60,913 nucleotides of DNA, filler included, from an uncultured bacterium (GCA_964471275.1; 5 parts of 5 records of this genome joined end to end with filler, not necessarily neighbours in it); one strand, 5' to 3'. Counted from the whole stretch's first letter, positions 49,013 to 59,429 are shown. Translations and numbers: made by a program. Notes: generated from the sequence alone by a model not told the origin.

Positions 49013-49112
49013 NNNNNNNNNNNNNNNNNNNNNNNNNNNNNNNNNNNNNNNNNNNNTTAATTAATTAANNNNNNNNNNNNNNNNNNNNNNNNNNNNNNNN
49101 NNNNNNNNNNNN
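49013..49112. other. Artificial scaffold linker
   Basis: 44 N + TTAATTAATTAA + 44 N. Confidence 0.97.
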
Positions 49113-49744
49113 CCGGCGATCAGAGCGATACCGACCGTTCGCATGTAGTAGGCACACATAACGGCCAGAACCGCGAGCGCAAGCGATCTTCGGCTCGGAT
49201 GCTTGGCCGAGTGTTCCAATGCGGCGAGAGCAACGAGAGATACCAGCAGGTAGGGAATCTCAGACATGATCTGGTGTGAAAAGTCGAGAACAAAGTGGCT
49301 GGATATCGTAGTGGCTGTCACCAGTACCGCAGGCAACAATCCTACGTGGCGCCGCACGTAGAGGTAGAGCAACGGGATCGCCGCGACGAAGGTAAACATC
49401 ACGAGGAGTTTCATGCTCAACACGCTGTGCGGAAGGACGAGATGAACCAGAGCAAGCAGTAACGGGAAAACAAAGGGATACTTTGTTGCTGGTGTCATAT
49501 CGGGCGAGCAGATGTATGTGAGTCCGTGACCCTCTGCGATCGATCTGCCGAGGACAATGAACTCGGCGTTGTCACCACTCAAACCCAACCGATTGTCGAA
49601 GGTGAACACCCCTATGGCAAGCGCCAGAGTTGTGAAGGCCCAGGGCAGCAAGTTCTGGGGATCGGTGAAAGCCCAGCTGCGTTTTGGTTTTGTGGGGGCA
49701 GTTTCTGTAGCCGGAGCTTTCCTGGGTCTACGTTTTCTGGCCAT
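49113..49744 (-). CDS. GT-C (ArnT/PMT-like) membrane glycosyltransferase, 3' partial
   Basis: GDNAEF..LGRSIAEG.G, KYP..FPLLLA, IMSEIPY and R..G motifs. Truncated at the scaffold end. Confidence 0.75.
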
Positions 49745-49748
49745 CGGA

Positions 49749-52205
49749 TCAGGCCACCTGCTTCTGGTCGTTGGGTCTGGGCCGCGAGAAGTAAACAAGC
49801 CCACCGACCAGGATGAGGGCCGAAATCAGCGATACCCATCGACACATCTGAGCAAGCGCGTCGTGGTAAATCAGCGAGATTGTGTATTCACCGGCAGGGA
49901 CGACTACGGCCTGCCAGACGTAGTTGGCGCGATGGATCTGGACCGGCTCACCATCGATCTCGGCCGACCAGTATGGGTGGAAGTTCTGGCAGACAACCAG
50001 GACCCGGGGATGGGCAGCATTGACAGTCAGTACGATCTCGCCTTGTCGTGCGTTGAACGACTCGACCACGACTGTCTCGTCGGAAGAGACCTCCGGTGTG
50101 ACGACGAGGCCTGGATCGGATTCCAGGATGACCTGCGTGATTGGGTTGAATGTGTCCGCAGACAGCTGATTCAGAACCTGGTCACCGTCCATGATTGTGA
50201 CGGGATCACCGGAGAGGTAGAAGAAGGGCTGAGCATTCTGGTTCCGGAACAGATAGGTTCCTCGTTCGTTGGCTACCGCTTCGACTCCCCGCCGGAGACT
50301 GACTTTACCTTCGGTCGATCCCGGGCCGACTAACGGAGGCAGCACAGCCTGAACTCTCTGTGCACCGATCGCGAGGTACTTCACGTTCAGAACATTCATC
50401 AGCTTGTAAGTTGGTTCTCTCAGACCTTTCTGCAGGGACTCCATCAGCCTCACGGTCGCACGATCGTACCGTCTGAGAATGAACGGCTCGTGGTAATTAA
50501 CGGTCAGGAGATCGACGCTTTCAGGGAATTGGACATCACCCGCCGGGACCCAGGTTCGATGGTATCCCGCATCTGATTCGATCGTGCCGAGTGTCTGCGG
50601 GATGAGGACATCTGGGTCGGGGGATCGCTCGGGATCGACGTATTTCAGGAATTGCTTGTCGATTCGCCACGTGTCAATCAGGATGACAGGCAACAGCGCA
50701 AGTATCAGCGTCTGTGCCGGTATCCTCTTCTGGATTCTGAGATAGGTTAAGACCGCGAGGGACACCCACCAGAGCAGAGCCAACCACGCGCCCGTGGTCA
50801 GCGACGGCAGATTCGCAGTAGCGATCTGTATCTTCTCGGATGCCGCATCGGACCAGAAGACGCGTGTCCATCCGGTGATGACCGACTCCGGAGCGAGCGC
50901 GGTGATCAGGAACACTGCACCCACTGTGCCACCGAAAGGTAGCAATTGTTTTGGGTCGAGATCTATGTCTCGGCACAGCAGTCGATCGATACTCATCGCT
51001 GCCAGGAGTACGGCAGGGAATGCGAAAAGGAAGGCGATCATTCCCGGGGTGCGGAGTAAGTTTGTTCCTGGTACAAAATGAAAGAAGAAGTTGAAAACGG
51101 GTGTATGCGGTCCGAGTGAGAACGCCAGCGTGATCGCGATCAGGACAGCTAACGGTAGGACGCGCCTGTCTCTCCTGATACGACCGAGCGCGAGTGCCGC
51201 GAAGAAGACGACCGCGATCCCAAAGTACTCCGCATTGAGTTTGAGGGCATTGCGACCCCAGTAGAGATTCTGCCTGTCCTGCGGTTTGAAGAAGTGGACG
51301 AATTCCGGAATCAGGAGGGACGCGATTTCTTCCGGATGCAGAGACCAGGACTGTGCATACTCCTTGGTAACGCCCTGACCCTGGTCGCCGGCACGACGCG
51401 ATTCGGTTTTCGTGTATTTGTAAGCAGGGAAGGTCCCGGCCGCACCGACGGCGAGTCCAAGGATGATTCCAGCGGCTGCGAGACTCGATCGCAGCGCGGC
51501 CATCCGAATGTCGCGCTCACCCACGTAGGTCTGGATCAGCCTGACGCCAAAGAGGATTCCTAGGCCAATGAGCGCATAGTAGAGCATCTGCAGGTGAGGC
51601 GTATAGATGCCCGCAGCGACACCGGCTCCCAGAACGAATGTGAAGATCGGCTTCCGCGTGTCGATGATCCGATAGAGTGCCCAGACCATCAAGGGCAACA
51701 GGCCAATAACGAGCATTTTGCCCTCCTGACCGGGATATACAAAGGTCAGAAGTGTTGGCGAAGATGCGTAGGCGAGACCGGCAAGTGCCGCCGTGGTGCG
51801 CTTGAGCGGCAAGCCACGTACGCAGAGATACGTGAAGTATCCGGTGAAGAAGGTGGCGAAGAAGTATCGCCAGCCCAGGTATCGGTGAAACGTCGTGAAT
51901 GCGTAGATTGGGTAGAGCGGGAAGTATTTCGGCTGGCGGAAGCCGGAGATAGGTGTCCCGCCCAAGTAGCGTTTCCAGTTCTCAGGTGACAGGTCGGCAA
52001 TCTTCTCTGATGCGGGTTCCTTACCCAGGTGGAACTCCATCCGAGTGTCCAGTCCCTCCATGACATCATCGGAAAAGACAAAACCGGCGAAGTAGATGAT
52101 CGCGAACAGTAAGAAGAAGACGGGAGCCACCCAGGCCTTTCCAAGAAGGCGCTCAAACAGGAGTCCGTCTTCGTTCTGTTCGTTCTTCACACGTGCCGTG
52201 CCCAT
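49749..52205 (-). CDS. YfhO-family membrane protein (GT-C-like)
   Basis: 818 aa polytopic protein with W..YLGG.P, SWSLHP.E, YFG and C-terminal V.QNFHPYWSA.IDG.P..I.RAN...QAV.VPAG...I.L.Y. Confidence 0.82.
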   Translation of the reverse strand: MGTARVKNEQNEDGLLFERLLGKAWVAPVFFLLFAIIYFAGFVFSDDVMEGLDTRMEFHLGKEPASEKIADLSPENWKRYLGGTPISGFRQPKYFPLYPIYAFTTFHRYLGWRYFFATFFTGYFTYLCVRGLPLKRTTAALAGLAYASSPTLLTFVYPGQEGKMLVIGLLPLMVWALYRIIDTRKPIFTFVLGAGVAAGIYTPHLQMLYYALIGLGILFGVRLIQTYVGERDIRMAALRSSLAAAGIILGLAVGAAGTFPAYKYTKTESRRAGDQGQGVTKEYAQSWSLHPEEIASLLIPEFVHFFKPQDRQNLYWGRNALKLNAEYFGIAVVFFAALALGRIRRDRRVLPLAVLIAITLAFSLGPHTPVFNFFFHFVPGTNLLRTPGMIAFLFAFPAVLLAAMSIDRLLCRDIDLDPKQLLPFGGTVGAVFLITALAPESVITGWTRVFWSDAASEKIQIATANLPSLTTGAWLALLWWVSLAVLTYLRIQKRIPAQTLILALLPVILIDTWRIDKQFLKYVDPERSPDPDVLIPQTLGTIESDAGYHRTWVPAGDVQFPESVDLLTVNYHEPFILRRYDRATVRLMESLQKGLREPTYKLMNVLNVKYLAIGAQRVQAVLPPLVGPGSTEGKVSLRRGVEAVANERGTYLFRNQNAQPFFYLSGDPVTIMDGDQVLNQLSADTFNPITQVILESDPGLVVTPEVSSDETVVVESFNARQGEIVLTVNAAHPRVLVVCQNFHPYWSAEIDGEPVQIHRANYVWQAVVVPAGEYTISLIYHDALAQMCRWVSLISALILVGGLVYFSRPRPNDQKQVA

Positions 52206-52211
52206 CGAAGG

Positions 52212-53342
52212 TCAGTTCCTGTTCTGCGAGTTACGGCCTTCGAGGATCTTTCTGTAAGCGTTCTCCTGGGCGGCCGTAATGTTGTTCCAGGTGAATTGCT
52301 CTGCCCACTGCCGGCCTTGCCGGCCCAGTTTGTCCCGAAGCTCCGGGTTGCTCAACAGGCGTCGCATCCCGTCAGCGATTTCATGAACGTTCTCAGCAGC
52401 TGCCAGCAAGCCCGTTTCTCCATGCTTCACTGCATCCTGGAGTCCGGGTATCCTTGTTCCTACAACCGCCTTACCGGCCGCAGATGCCTCTATCGCTGAG
52501 ATGCACCATCCCTCGTATCTCGAGGGTGCGACGTTGAACAGACTTCCTCTGAAAAGCGAAATCTTCGTGTCGGTGTCGACTGGACCGGTGAAGGTCACTC
52601 GATCGGATATGCCCTGCCTGTCGGAGAGTTCCTTGAGTTCCTCAAGCCGTTTAGGCGTTCCTCTTCCCGCGACAATCAGGCGAATTTCAGCCGCCTCCTT
52701 GCCGATTCGTGCGAAGGCTTCGAAGAGCAGGTCCAACCCTTTTGTATAGGTATCCAATCTACCGAAGTAAAGGATGTAGTCCTCTTCGGAAGGATCGTCG
52801 ATGAAGCAGGAGGCGTCGACTCCCGTGTAGACAAGGTGAAGACCACGATCGCTGCCCCTGAGCCTGGCCATCTCGTCCAGGACACTCGGCGATATGGAGA
52901 TAACATCGTCATAGGCCTTGAGCGTCGCCTTCTCCGTGGCGGCCGCGATACGGCCCAGCATGGCGTGTTTTTCAGAGGCGTGTCTCTGCATCAGGTGAAA
53001 GCACTCCAGAATGCTGTCCTTGCGTGTGCTCTCAGTGGCGAGAACAGGAGCGAAGGCCGAGAAGGAATAGACCCAGAGATCGGGTGAGGTTCGTGCCACA
53101 AACCTGCTGGCCTGAAGTGAGTAGGAGAGTCGGCTCATCGAATAGGTGTGGGAACTGCCGACGTGGATGACGCGAAGGCCGTCGCGCTCCTCCTCAACCT
53201 GGACACCTGGGTAGCTGCCGCACAGGACGGTGACATCGTGGTGTTCGGCAAGTCGCTTGCAGATCTCGAATGTCCGGAAGGCGCCTCCGCCTCCCAACCA
53301 GGGATTCTTTGGATCATCATAGATGGTGTGCAGTATTCGCAT
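52212..53342 (-). CDS. Glycosyltransferase family 4
   Basis: GGG, YFGRL...KGLD, PSRYEGW.I..IEA.A.G and G.TGLL motifs. Confidence 0.92.
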   Translation of the reverse strand: MRILHTIYDDPKNPWLGGGGAFRTFEICKRLAEHHDVTVLCGSYPGVQVEEERDGLRVIHVGSSHTYSMSRLSYSLQASRFVARTSPDLWVYSFSAFAPVLATESTRKDSILECFHLMQRHASEKHAMLGRIAAATEKATLKAYDDVISISPSVLDEMARLRGSDRGLHLVYTGVDASCFIDDPSEEDYILYFGRLDTYTKGLDLLFEAFARIGKEAAEIRLIVAGRGTPKRLEELKELSDRQGISDRVTFTGPVDTDTKISLFRGSLFNVAPSRYEGWCISAIEASAAGKAVVGTRIPGLQDAVKHGETGLLAAAENVHEIADGMRRLLSNPELRDKLGRQGRQWAEQFTWNNITAAQENAYRKILEGRNSQNRN

Positions 53343-53560
53343 CAGATCCGTTCGTTTATTTTGCCCCGATCAAAGCTGCGGACACGGTCTAGCCTGACCC
53401 GTGAGTCGAGGAATCAGGAGGGCCAGGCCTCTTGTGTCTGGAGAGCAGTCGGCCATCCAAGGCGTGTGGCCTGATTGTCGGGTCCCCGCCCAGCTTGGAA
53501 ATGTCAGACGACCGCAGGCAGCCGCCTCAGTCTGACAAGATCCATCTGTGTGTCGCGCGC

Positions 53561-54058
53561 TCAGCTTCTCTGTTTGGATGAGACCTGATCGGAGGTAGAG
53601 TAGCCTTCTAGATAGGGTATGGTTGTCACGATTCCGCCCTGCGCCGCCACAGTACTACTGCCCACGATTTCGTCGATCGTGTAGTCACCGCCTTTGGCGA
53701 GCACGTCCGGTGATAGTTCCTCGATCAATGAAAGAGGCGTGTCCTTCTGGAACACGACAATGAAATCGATCGCGTCCAGATTCGAGAGCTTCTCGATCCG
53801 AAGGGAGAGCGGTTCGATCGGACGTCCGGCTCCCTTGATTCGGCGGATCGATGCGTCACTGTTCACGGCTACAACGAGCACATCGCCGAGTCTGGCAGAT
53901 TCGTTTATGGTGTGAATGTGGCCGGGGTGAAGCAAATCGAAGCAACCGTTGGTGAGTACCACGGTTTGGCCGGAGGAAGCCAGCACCGGTCGTCTCGCAA
54001 GCAGATCTGCCGCGCTGATGTGTTTGCCGGAGATCTGCCTGCGGGAACTAGAGGACAC
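53561..54058 (-). CDS. RfaE/HldE domain II-like nucleotidylyltransferase (heptose-1-phosphate adenylyltransferase-like)
   Basis: VLTNGCFDLLHPGH, LVVAVNSD.SIRRIKG.GRP, F..DTP..LI..L.PDVL.KGGDY and GYSTS. GTG start overlaps the hisB end. Confidence 0.85.
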   Translation of the reverse strand: MSSSSRRQISGKHISAADLLARRPVLASSGQTVVLTNGCFDLLHPGHIHTINESARLGDVLVVAVNSDASIRRIKGAGRPIEPLSLRIEKLSNLDAIDFIVVFQKDTPLSLIEELSPDVLAKGGDYTIDEIVGSSTVAAQGGIVTTIPYLEGYSTSDQVSSKQRS

Positions 54059-54635
54059 CTTTGGTCGACGGGATACCCCGCACGCCTGGGTCGACGGCAA
54101 CAGCGGAACGGATCGCCCTGGCGACGGCTTTGTAGATCGCCTCAACACTGTGATGCGCGTTCGACCCGCGGATGAGATCGATGTGGAGGTTGATGCGTGC
54201 GTGATCGGCCAGACTGCGGAAGAACTCCTCCGTGAGAGCAGAAGGGAAGGCGCCGACCATCTTCTCACCGAACGAGGCGCTGAAAACGAGAAACGGGCGC
54301 CCAGAAAAGTCGACGGCAGCTCGCGCGAGTGCTTCGTCCATCGGGATGTATGCGGATCCGAATCGCGTGATTCCCGATTTGTCATCCAGTGCTTTTGCGA
54401 ACGCCTGTCCGAGGCAGATGCCGATATCCTCGACGGTGTGGTGGGCATCCACCTCGAGATCCCCACTGCACACGACCTTGAGGTCAAACTGACCGTGTCG
54501 GGCAAGGGCAATCAGCATGTGGTCGAAAAATCCGATCCCGGTTTCCGCCTCACATTTGCCGGATCCATCGATGTCGAGATCCAGTCGGATGTCTGTTTCG
54601 GTTGTCTTCCTGTCGATTGTCGTCTGACGGGACAT
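54048..54635 (-). CDS. hisB: Imidazoleglycerol-phosphate dehydratase
   Basis: RKTTETDI, TGIGFFDHML, GDLEVDAHHTVED, PMDEAL, DFSGRP, NAHH.VEA.YKA and PSTKG motifs. Confidence 0.97.
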   Translation of the reverse strand: MSRQTTIDRKTTETDIRLDLDIDGSGKCEAETGIGFFDHMLIALARHGQFDLKVVCSGDLEVDAHHTVEDIGICLGQAFAKALDDKSGITRFGSAYIPMDEALARAAVDFSGRPFLVFSASFGEKMVGAFPSALTEEFFRSLADHARINLHIDLIRGSNAHHSVEAIYKAVARAIRSAVAVDPGVRGIPSTKGVL

Positions 54636-54643
54636 GTCCGTTC

Positions 54644-56041
54644 CTATTCGAAAGTTGCCGCAGGTTCAGGCAGTTCTCGGTCGATACGGTCCACCTCGTA
54701 ACCGAAGCCCGGGGCCGTTACCGTCGAAACATCGAGTACACCACCGTTTCTTCTGTAGATGCCCGGATGTACGGCAGCCTCCGGTAGAGAGGCGTCCGGG
54801 TAGAATTGCATACTGTTCGTCTCCAGACCCATGACGGTGCCAACGTGCGCCGCCAACAACGCGTGAGGGATCTGCGCGAGCATCGGGTTTGTCAGATCCT
54901 GCACCATCAACCCCATCCCGTGAGCTCGTGCCCAGCACATCGAGAGGATGGCAACCGTCTGGGTCTTGCAGGTCTTGAGGGCAACGCCGGTCCATCCCCG
55001 ATTTCGGCCGATGTCGAGAAGCCGCCAGTCGTGTGCGCTCTCATCCATGTAGAGCGGCTTGCGGGCCGACACACTATGCGCGTCGATCGGGTTCTTCTCG
55101 AGGTCATACGGGAAGGGCTGTTCGACATAGAGAATACGCTGGTAGGTCCGTGGATGGTCCTGAAGCAAACGATCCAGGATGTCGTTCACGTATTCCGCTG
55201 TCTCGACCGTACAATTGAAGTCCGTGCACAACCAGTCCACGTCGTGTGTTTCGGCGATTCTGCCGATGTTGACGATGCGATCATAGTCCCAGCCCTCTTC
55301 TTGACCGGTCAGCTTAATCTTAAGACAGTTGAGACTGTCACGTCGAATCCAATCATCCAGCACGACGGGGTAACCATCGCCCGGCTCGTTGCCCGTGCGT
55401 TCCGCGTCGTAGAGCAGATCGTTGCCGCCGACGGCGTGCCAGGCGGGCACGGTCGCCGGTCTCGGAGATACGAGATAATCAGCTGGATAGCGGTCCCTGA
55501 ACGAGGCCCCGGTGTTGCGACCGGGTGTCAGGTAGTGCGCCAGATCCCGGTTCAGGTGCTCTGCATCGTATGTGTCGTAGATAGATGTGCCAAGGAGGTG
55601 GCCGTAGGCATCGTGGACAGCCAGGTCGAAAGCTGAGTTGCAGACGAGGGCCGCCAGCCAGGGCATCGTGTCGTCTCTGCCGTGGTTGAAGTCGTCCAGT
55701 GTTGCAGCGAGCACATCGGTCAGATAAACGTGCCCGACTTCCATCGGGTGACCTGAGTAAGCGAAGTCACCCCAGCCCTTTCCAAGGGCAAGACAAAGGT
55801 TCATCATCGCGTCCTGGCGATCATTGAAGCTAGTGCTGCTCGGCCAGGCCCACTGCGCGCTCAGCGGCGCCTCACCCCATCCGATTGCCCATTCACCCGA
55901 TCGGTTCTCGACAGTGACCCGTGCGCGCGCACAGATGACGCTCTTGAGTTCCTCGGTACCGAAACGATAGGGAATCCGCGTGTCGACCGGTAGAAAGTAG
56001 ACGGCTGTCGATACCGGTCGAATGTCTGTCGGTTTACCCAT
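54644..56041 (-). CDS. Enolase-superfamily (mandelate racemase/MLE-like) protein
   Basis: GWGEAPL N-domain, LKIKL (KxK), TDFN, YVEQP, MDES, VALKTCK and VQDL motifs. Confidence 0.8.
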   Translation of the reverse strand: MGKPTDIRPVSTAVYFLPVDTRIPYRFGTEELKSVICARARVTVENRSGEWAIGWGEAPLSAQWAWPSSTSFNDRQDAMMNLCLALGKGWGDFAYSGHPMEVGHVYLTDVLAATLDDFNHGRDDTMPWLAALVCNSAFDLAVHDAYGHLLGTSIYDTYDAEHLNRDLAHYLTPGRNTGASFRDRYPADYLVSPRPATVPAWHAVGGNDLLYDAERTGNEPGDGYPVVLDDWIRRDSLNCLKIKLTGQEEGWDYDRIVNIGRIAETHDVDWLCTDFNCTVETAEYVNDILDRLLQDHPRTYQRILYVEQPFPYDLEKNPIDAHSVSARKPLYMDESAHDWRLLDIGRNRGWTGVALKTCKTQTVAILSMCWARAHGMGLMVQDLTNPMLAQIPHALLAAHVGTVMGLETNSMQFYPDASLPEAAVHPGIYRRNGGVLDVSTVTAPGFGYEVDRIDRELPEPAATFE

Positions 56042-56044
56042 CCA

Positions 56045-57106
56045 TTACTCCAGCACTGTCCTCAACGCGTCGAGAAACCTGTCGTTCTCCTCGTGAGTGC
56101 CGATGCAGACGCGCAACCCTCGGGCCAACCTGGGATAGCCTGAGACATTTCGGATCAGGACGCCCCTCTCGGCGAGCTGGTCGAAGACCCTCGCAGGCTC
56201 ATCGACTTCGAACAGGATCAAGTTTGCACTCGACGGGTATGCCGTAATGCTCTTGATCGCTGACAGCTCGGAAAAGATCCGATCTCGTTCACCGATGATG
56301 GCGCGTACATTTGCCTCGATCGTTTCACGATGCTGCAGCAACTCAATCGCCGCGATTCGAGAAAATAGATTGATGTCGAATGGCAGCTTGATCTTCTGAA
56401 TCTGTGCGACGAGGTCAGGGCACGCGATCAGGCATCCGATCCGGATGGCTGCAGCGCCGAAAGCCTTGGACAATGTTTTGAGCACAATCAGATTCCGATG
56501 CTCGTCGAGCAGATCGATGGCAGTGTGATCGTTGAATTCAGCGTAGGCTTCGTCGACGACGACAATCGCATCCGTGCTTGTGAGAATACCAGCCAGATCA
56601 TCGTTGGAGATGTCGCAGCCCGTCGGATTGTTTGGCGAACAGATGACCACAGCTGATACACCCGATGTTGCGGCCTGGTTCAGCGCTTCGAGGTCGTATC
56701 CGAAACGATCGTCAAGCGGCACATAGACCGGATCGCCACCGAGTATCTCGGTGAACTGACCGTAGAGCGAAAAGCTGGGGGACGGGATTGCGACGGAGAT
56801 GCCGGGTGAGACGATCGCATTCAGGATGTGCTGCACGATCGAGTTCGATCCGTTGGCCACCATGACGTGGTCTTCAGGCACTCCCACGAACCTGGAGACG
56901 GCCTGGACGAGGTCGAGCGGCATGGGTTCGGGATAGCGTGACCAGACCTGGTCACGGACCTTTGCGAGGATACTGTCCTTGATCTCGCCGGGTACGTCGA
57001 AGGGGCTCTCGTTCTGATTCAGCTTGACCGGGCAATCGTATGCGACGAGGTGATATCCTTCGATCGCGCGGACTTCCGGTCGGATGTGGAGGCTAGGGTC
57101 GTTCAC
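56045..57106 (-). CDS. hisC: Histidinol-phosphate aminotransferase
   Basis: KLNQNESP, RYP, NGS, SPNNPTG, VDEAYAEF and KTLSKAFG.A.IRIG motifs. Confidence 0.95.
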   Translation of the reverse strand: MNDPSLHIRPEVRAIEGYHLVAYDCPVKLNQNESPFDVPGEIKDSILAKVRDQVWSRYPEPMPLDLVQAVSRFVGVPEDHVMVANGSNSIVQHILNAIVSPGISVAIPSPSFSLYGQFTEILGGDPVYVPLDDRFGYDLEALNQAATSGVSAVVICSPNNPTGCDISNDDLAGILTSTDAIVVVDEAYAEFNDHTAIDLLDEHRNLIVLKTLSKAFGAAAIRIGCLIACPDLVAQIQKIKLPFDINLFSRIAAIELLQHRETIEANVRAIIGERDRIFSELSAIKSITAYPSSANLILFEVDEPARVFDQLAERGVLIRNVSGYPRLARGLRVCIGTHEENDRFLDALRTVLE

Positions 57107-58413
57107 TCGAAGTCCGGTGATTGGAGCCTGACTCGAATCGCGTTGGCGTGGCCGTCGAGGCCCTCGGCTTCGGCCATCTGCATGATCGCACCTGCCGTCT
57201 TACGCAATCGCTCATCTGTATACGAGATCAGACTGATATCTTTCAAGAATGTGTCGACGCCAACCGAAGACGCATAGCGTGCAGCGCCCGCTGTCGGGAG
57301 GATGTGATTTGTGCCCGCGAAGTAGTCGCCCACGGGCTCACTCGATGCCGCACCCAGGAATATCGCACCTGCGTGACGAATCCCGGCCTGCAGCTGCCAC
57401 GGGTCATCAACGATCAATTCGACGTGCTCGGGTGCAATCTGGTTTGTGAGATCGACAGCCTGTGCGAGGTCATCGACGATTACGATCGCTCCATATCGCG
57501 ATAATGCCCGTTCGGCCGCTTCGCGGTGCGCCAGATCCGCCAGCTGGGCTGTCAATTCTTCTGCGACCAACGCCGCGATTTCCGGGTCCGGGGTAACGCA
57601 AACGGCGGCCTCATACCCGCTACCGTGTTCGGCTTGAGACAGCATATCTGCGGCAACGAGTCTGGGGGCAGCCGACTTATCTGCGATGACGACGATTTCG
57701 CTGGGACCCGCGACCATATCGATGTCTACGCGACCAAAAACGCGTTTCTTGGCTATCTGGACGACGGGGTGCCCCGGGCCTACGAGCTTATCGACTCGCT
57801 TGATGGTCTCGGTACCATAAGCGAGTGCGGCTACAGCCTGCGCCCCAAATGCGCGATAGATACGATCCACGCCTGCAATCTTGGCGGCTGCCAGAACGGC
57901 CGGATGGATGTCGCCGTCAGGCTGTGGCGGCGTTGCTACGGCGATATGAGAGACGCCCGCTACTTTCGCTGGAACCACCGCCATCAGGAGCGTGGAAAAA
58001 AGTGGGGCGCTGGCGCCGGGAACGAGAAGGCCTACGCGCTCGATGGGTACGATTCGTTTGCCGAGTATGACACCGTCGCCGTCGTCCACAGACCAGTCTC
58101 TTCTTTTCTGGTTTTCGTGGAAGCGATGGATGTTGTCAGCAGCCTCCCGAATCACACGAGTAAGCGAGGGATCAACTCTTCGTTCGGCTGCGTCGAGTTC
58201 ATCGGGTGTGACGATCAGACGATCGGCAGAGAGCTCGACACCGTCGAACTCTTTCGTGAACGCGAGAACGGCACTGTCCCCGTGCGCTTCAACCTCAGCC
58301 ACAATGTGGTTGACCGACGCTTCGAGCTCGGGTGTGAATTCGATCGTGCGGGTTATGATGTCGCGGAGTCTAGGGTCCTGCGCAGCTGGTGTGTAGCGGA
58401 TTGGCTCGAGCAC
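57103..58413 (-). CDS. hisD: Histidinol dehydrogenase
   Basis: VPG, GAQAVAALAYGTE, GPG, IDMVAGPSE, DMLSQAEH, APEH, GDYFAGTNHILPT and EGLDGH motifs. Confidence 0.97.
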   Translation of the reverse strand: MLEPIRYTPAAQDPRLRDIITRTIEFTPELEASVNHIVAEVEAHGDSAVLAFTKEFDGVELSADRLIVTPDELDAAERRVDPSLTRVIREAADNIHRFHENQKRRDWSVDDGDGVILGKRIVPIERVGLLVPGASAPLFSTLLMAVVPAKVAGVSHIAVATPPQPDGDIHPAVLAAAKIAGVDRIYRAFGAQAVAALAYGTETIKRVDKLVGPGHPVVQIAKKRVFGRVDIDMVAGPSEIVVIADKSAAPRLVAADMLSQAEHGSGYEAAVCVTPDPEIAALVAEELTAQLADLAHREAAERALSRYGAIVIVDDLAQAVDLTNQIAPEHVELIVDDPWQLQAGIRHAGAIFLGAASSEPVGDYFAGTNHILPTAGAARYASSVGVDTFLKDISLISYTDERLRKTAGAIMQMAEAEGLDGHANAIRVRLQSPDFE

Positions 58414-58419
58414 GATGGT

Positions 58420-59298
58420 CTAGTAGATGACTTTGTTCAGCGGGTATTCGATGATGCCCTCGGCCCCGGCGTCCATGAGCGTCGGGATGATGTCCCTCAC
58501 CGTACTCTCGTCGACGATGACTTCGATCGCTACCCAGGCATCATCCAGCAGGTTGGAGACGGTCGGATTGTTAAGTGCAGGCAGCTGTCCGACGACCCTG
58601 TCGAGGTTCTCGCGTTTCAGGTTCATCTTCAGGCCCACCTTGTCCTCGGCCTGGAAGGCGCCAACAAGCAGGTTCGCGATTCGCTTGGTCTTCTCGCGTT
58701 TCCAGGGATCATCCCACGCTTCTTTGTTCATGATGAATCGCGTGGTTGTTTCCATCATCGTGTCCACGACACGAAGCTTGTTCGCTCGGATCGACGATCC
58801 GGTTTCCGTGATCTCAACGATGGCATCGACCATCCCTTCCTGCTTCACCTTCGCCTCCGTGGAGCCGTAGGAATACTCCACCTCCGCATTGACGTTCTGG
58901 TCGGCGAGCCATTTTCGTGTGACCGTCACGAGTTCGGTCGCTACCCGTTTCCCTTCGAGGTCCGCGATCGTCCTGATCGAGGACTCCTCAGGGACGGCCA
59001 CGACCCATCTGGCGGGTAGTGCTGTTGTCTTACTGTAAGCGAGTTCGGCAATCTCGACGACATCCGCCTCGTTGTCGAGGACCCAGTCGAGGCCCGTCAG
59101 ACCGACATCCAGAACGCCACGCTCGACGTAGCGCGCCATTTCCTGTGCTCGTAGAAGAAGGCCCTCCAGTTCCGGGTCGTCGATAGAGGGTGTGTAGGAG
59201 CGCGGGCTGACCCGGATCTTGTATCCGGCTCTGGCGAAAAGGCTGAGTGTTGATTCCTGCAGACTGCCCGAGGGCAGCCCGATTTTCAGTCGCTGCAT
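58420..59298 (-). CDS. hisG: ATP phosphoribosyltransferase (long form)
   Basis: GLP.GSL, LRAQE, D.GLTG.D, GSTEAK, DAIVEITETGSS.RANKL, LPALNNPTV and GAEGIIE motifs. Confidence 0.97.
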   Translation of the reverse strand: MQRLKIGLPSGSLQESTLSLFARAGYKIRVSPRSYTPSIDDPELEGLLLRAQEMARYVERGVLDVGLTGLDWVLDNEADVVEIAELAYSKTTALPARWVVAVPEESSIRTIADLEGKRVATELVTVTRKWLADQNVNAEVEYSYGSTEAKVKQEGMVDAIVEITETGSSIRANKLRVVDTMMETTTRFIMNKEAWDDPWKREKTKRIANLLVGAFQAEDKVGLKMNLKRENLDRVVGQLPALNNPTVSNLLDDAWVAIEVIVDESTVRDIIPTLMDAGAEGIIEYPLNKVIY

Positions 59299-59429
59299 AG
59301 AGACTTCTCCAGTCCCGAGTTCAATCGAATTGAGTTGTCAAACCTAAGAGACTTGGAAGATACACGAATTGTTTCTGTGACGTGGAATTATGGTTGCATT
59401 CAGGGGTGGGTGTGGGGATCAGGGCAGGA

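Noticed and set aside
54059..54511. N-terminal extension of the HldE-like ORF (apparent 316 aa)
   Set aside because: It is an alternate frame of hisB with low-complexity Ser/Arg composition.
57526..59019. Long antisense ORFs (also 38933-40498, 2507-3448, 30511-31374, 54806-55636)
   Set aside because: They are shadows of well-supported genes on the opposite strand in GC-rich DNA and carry no motifs.
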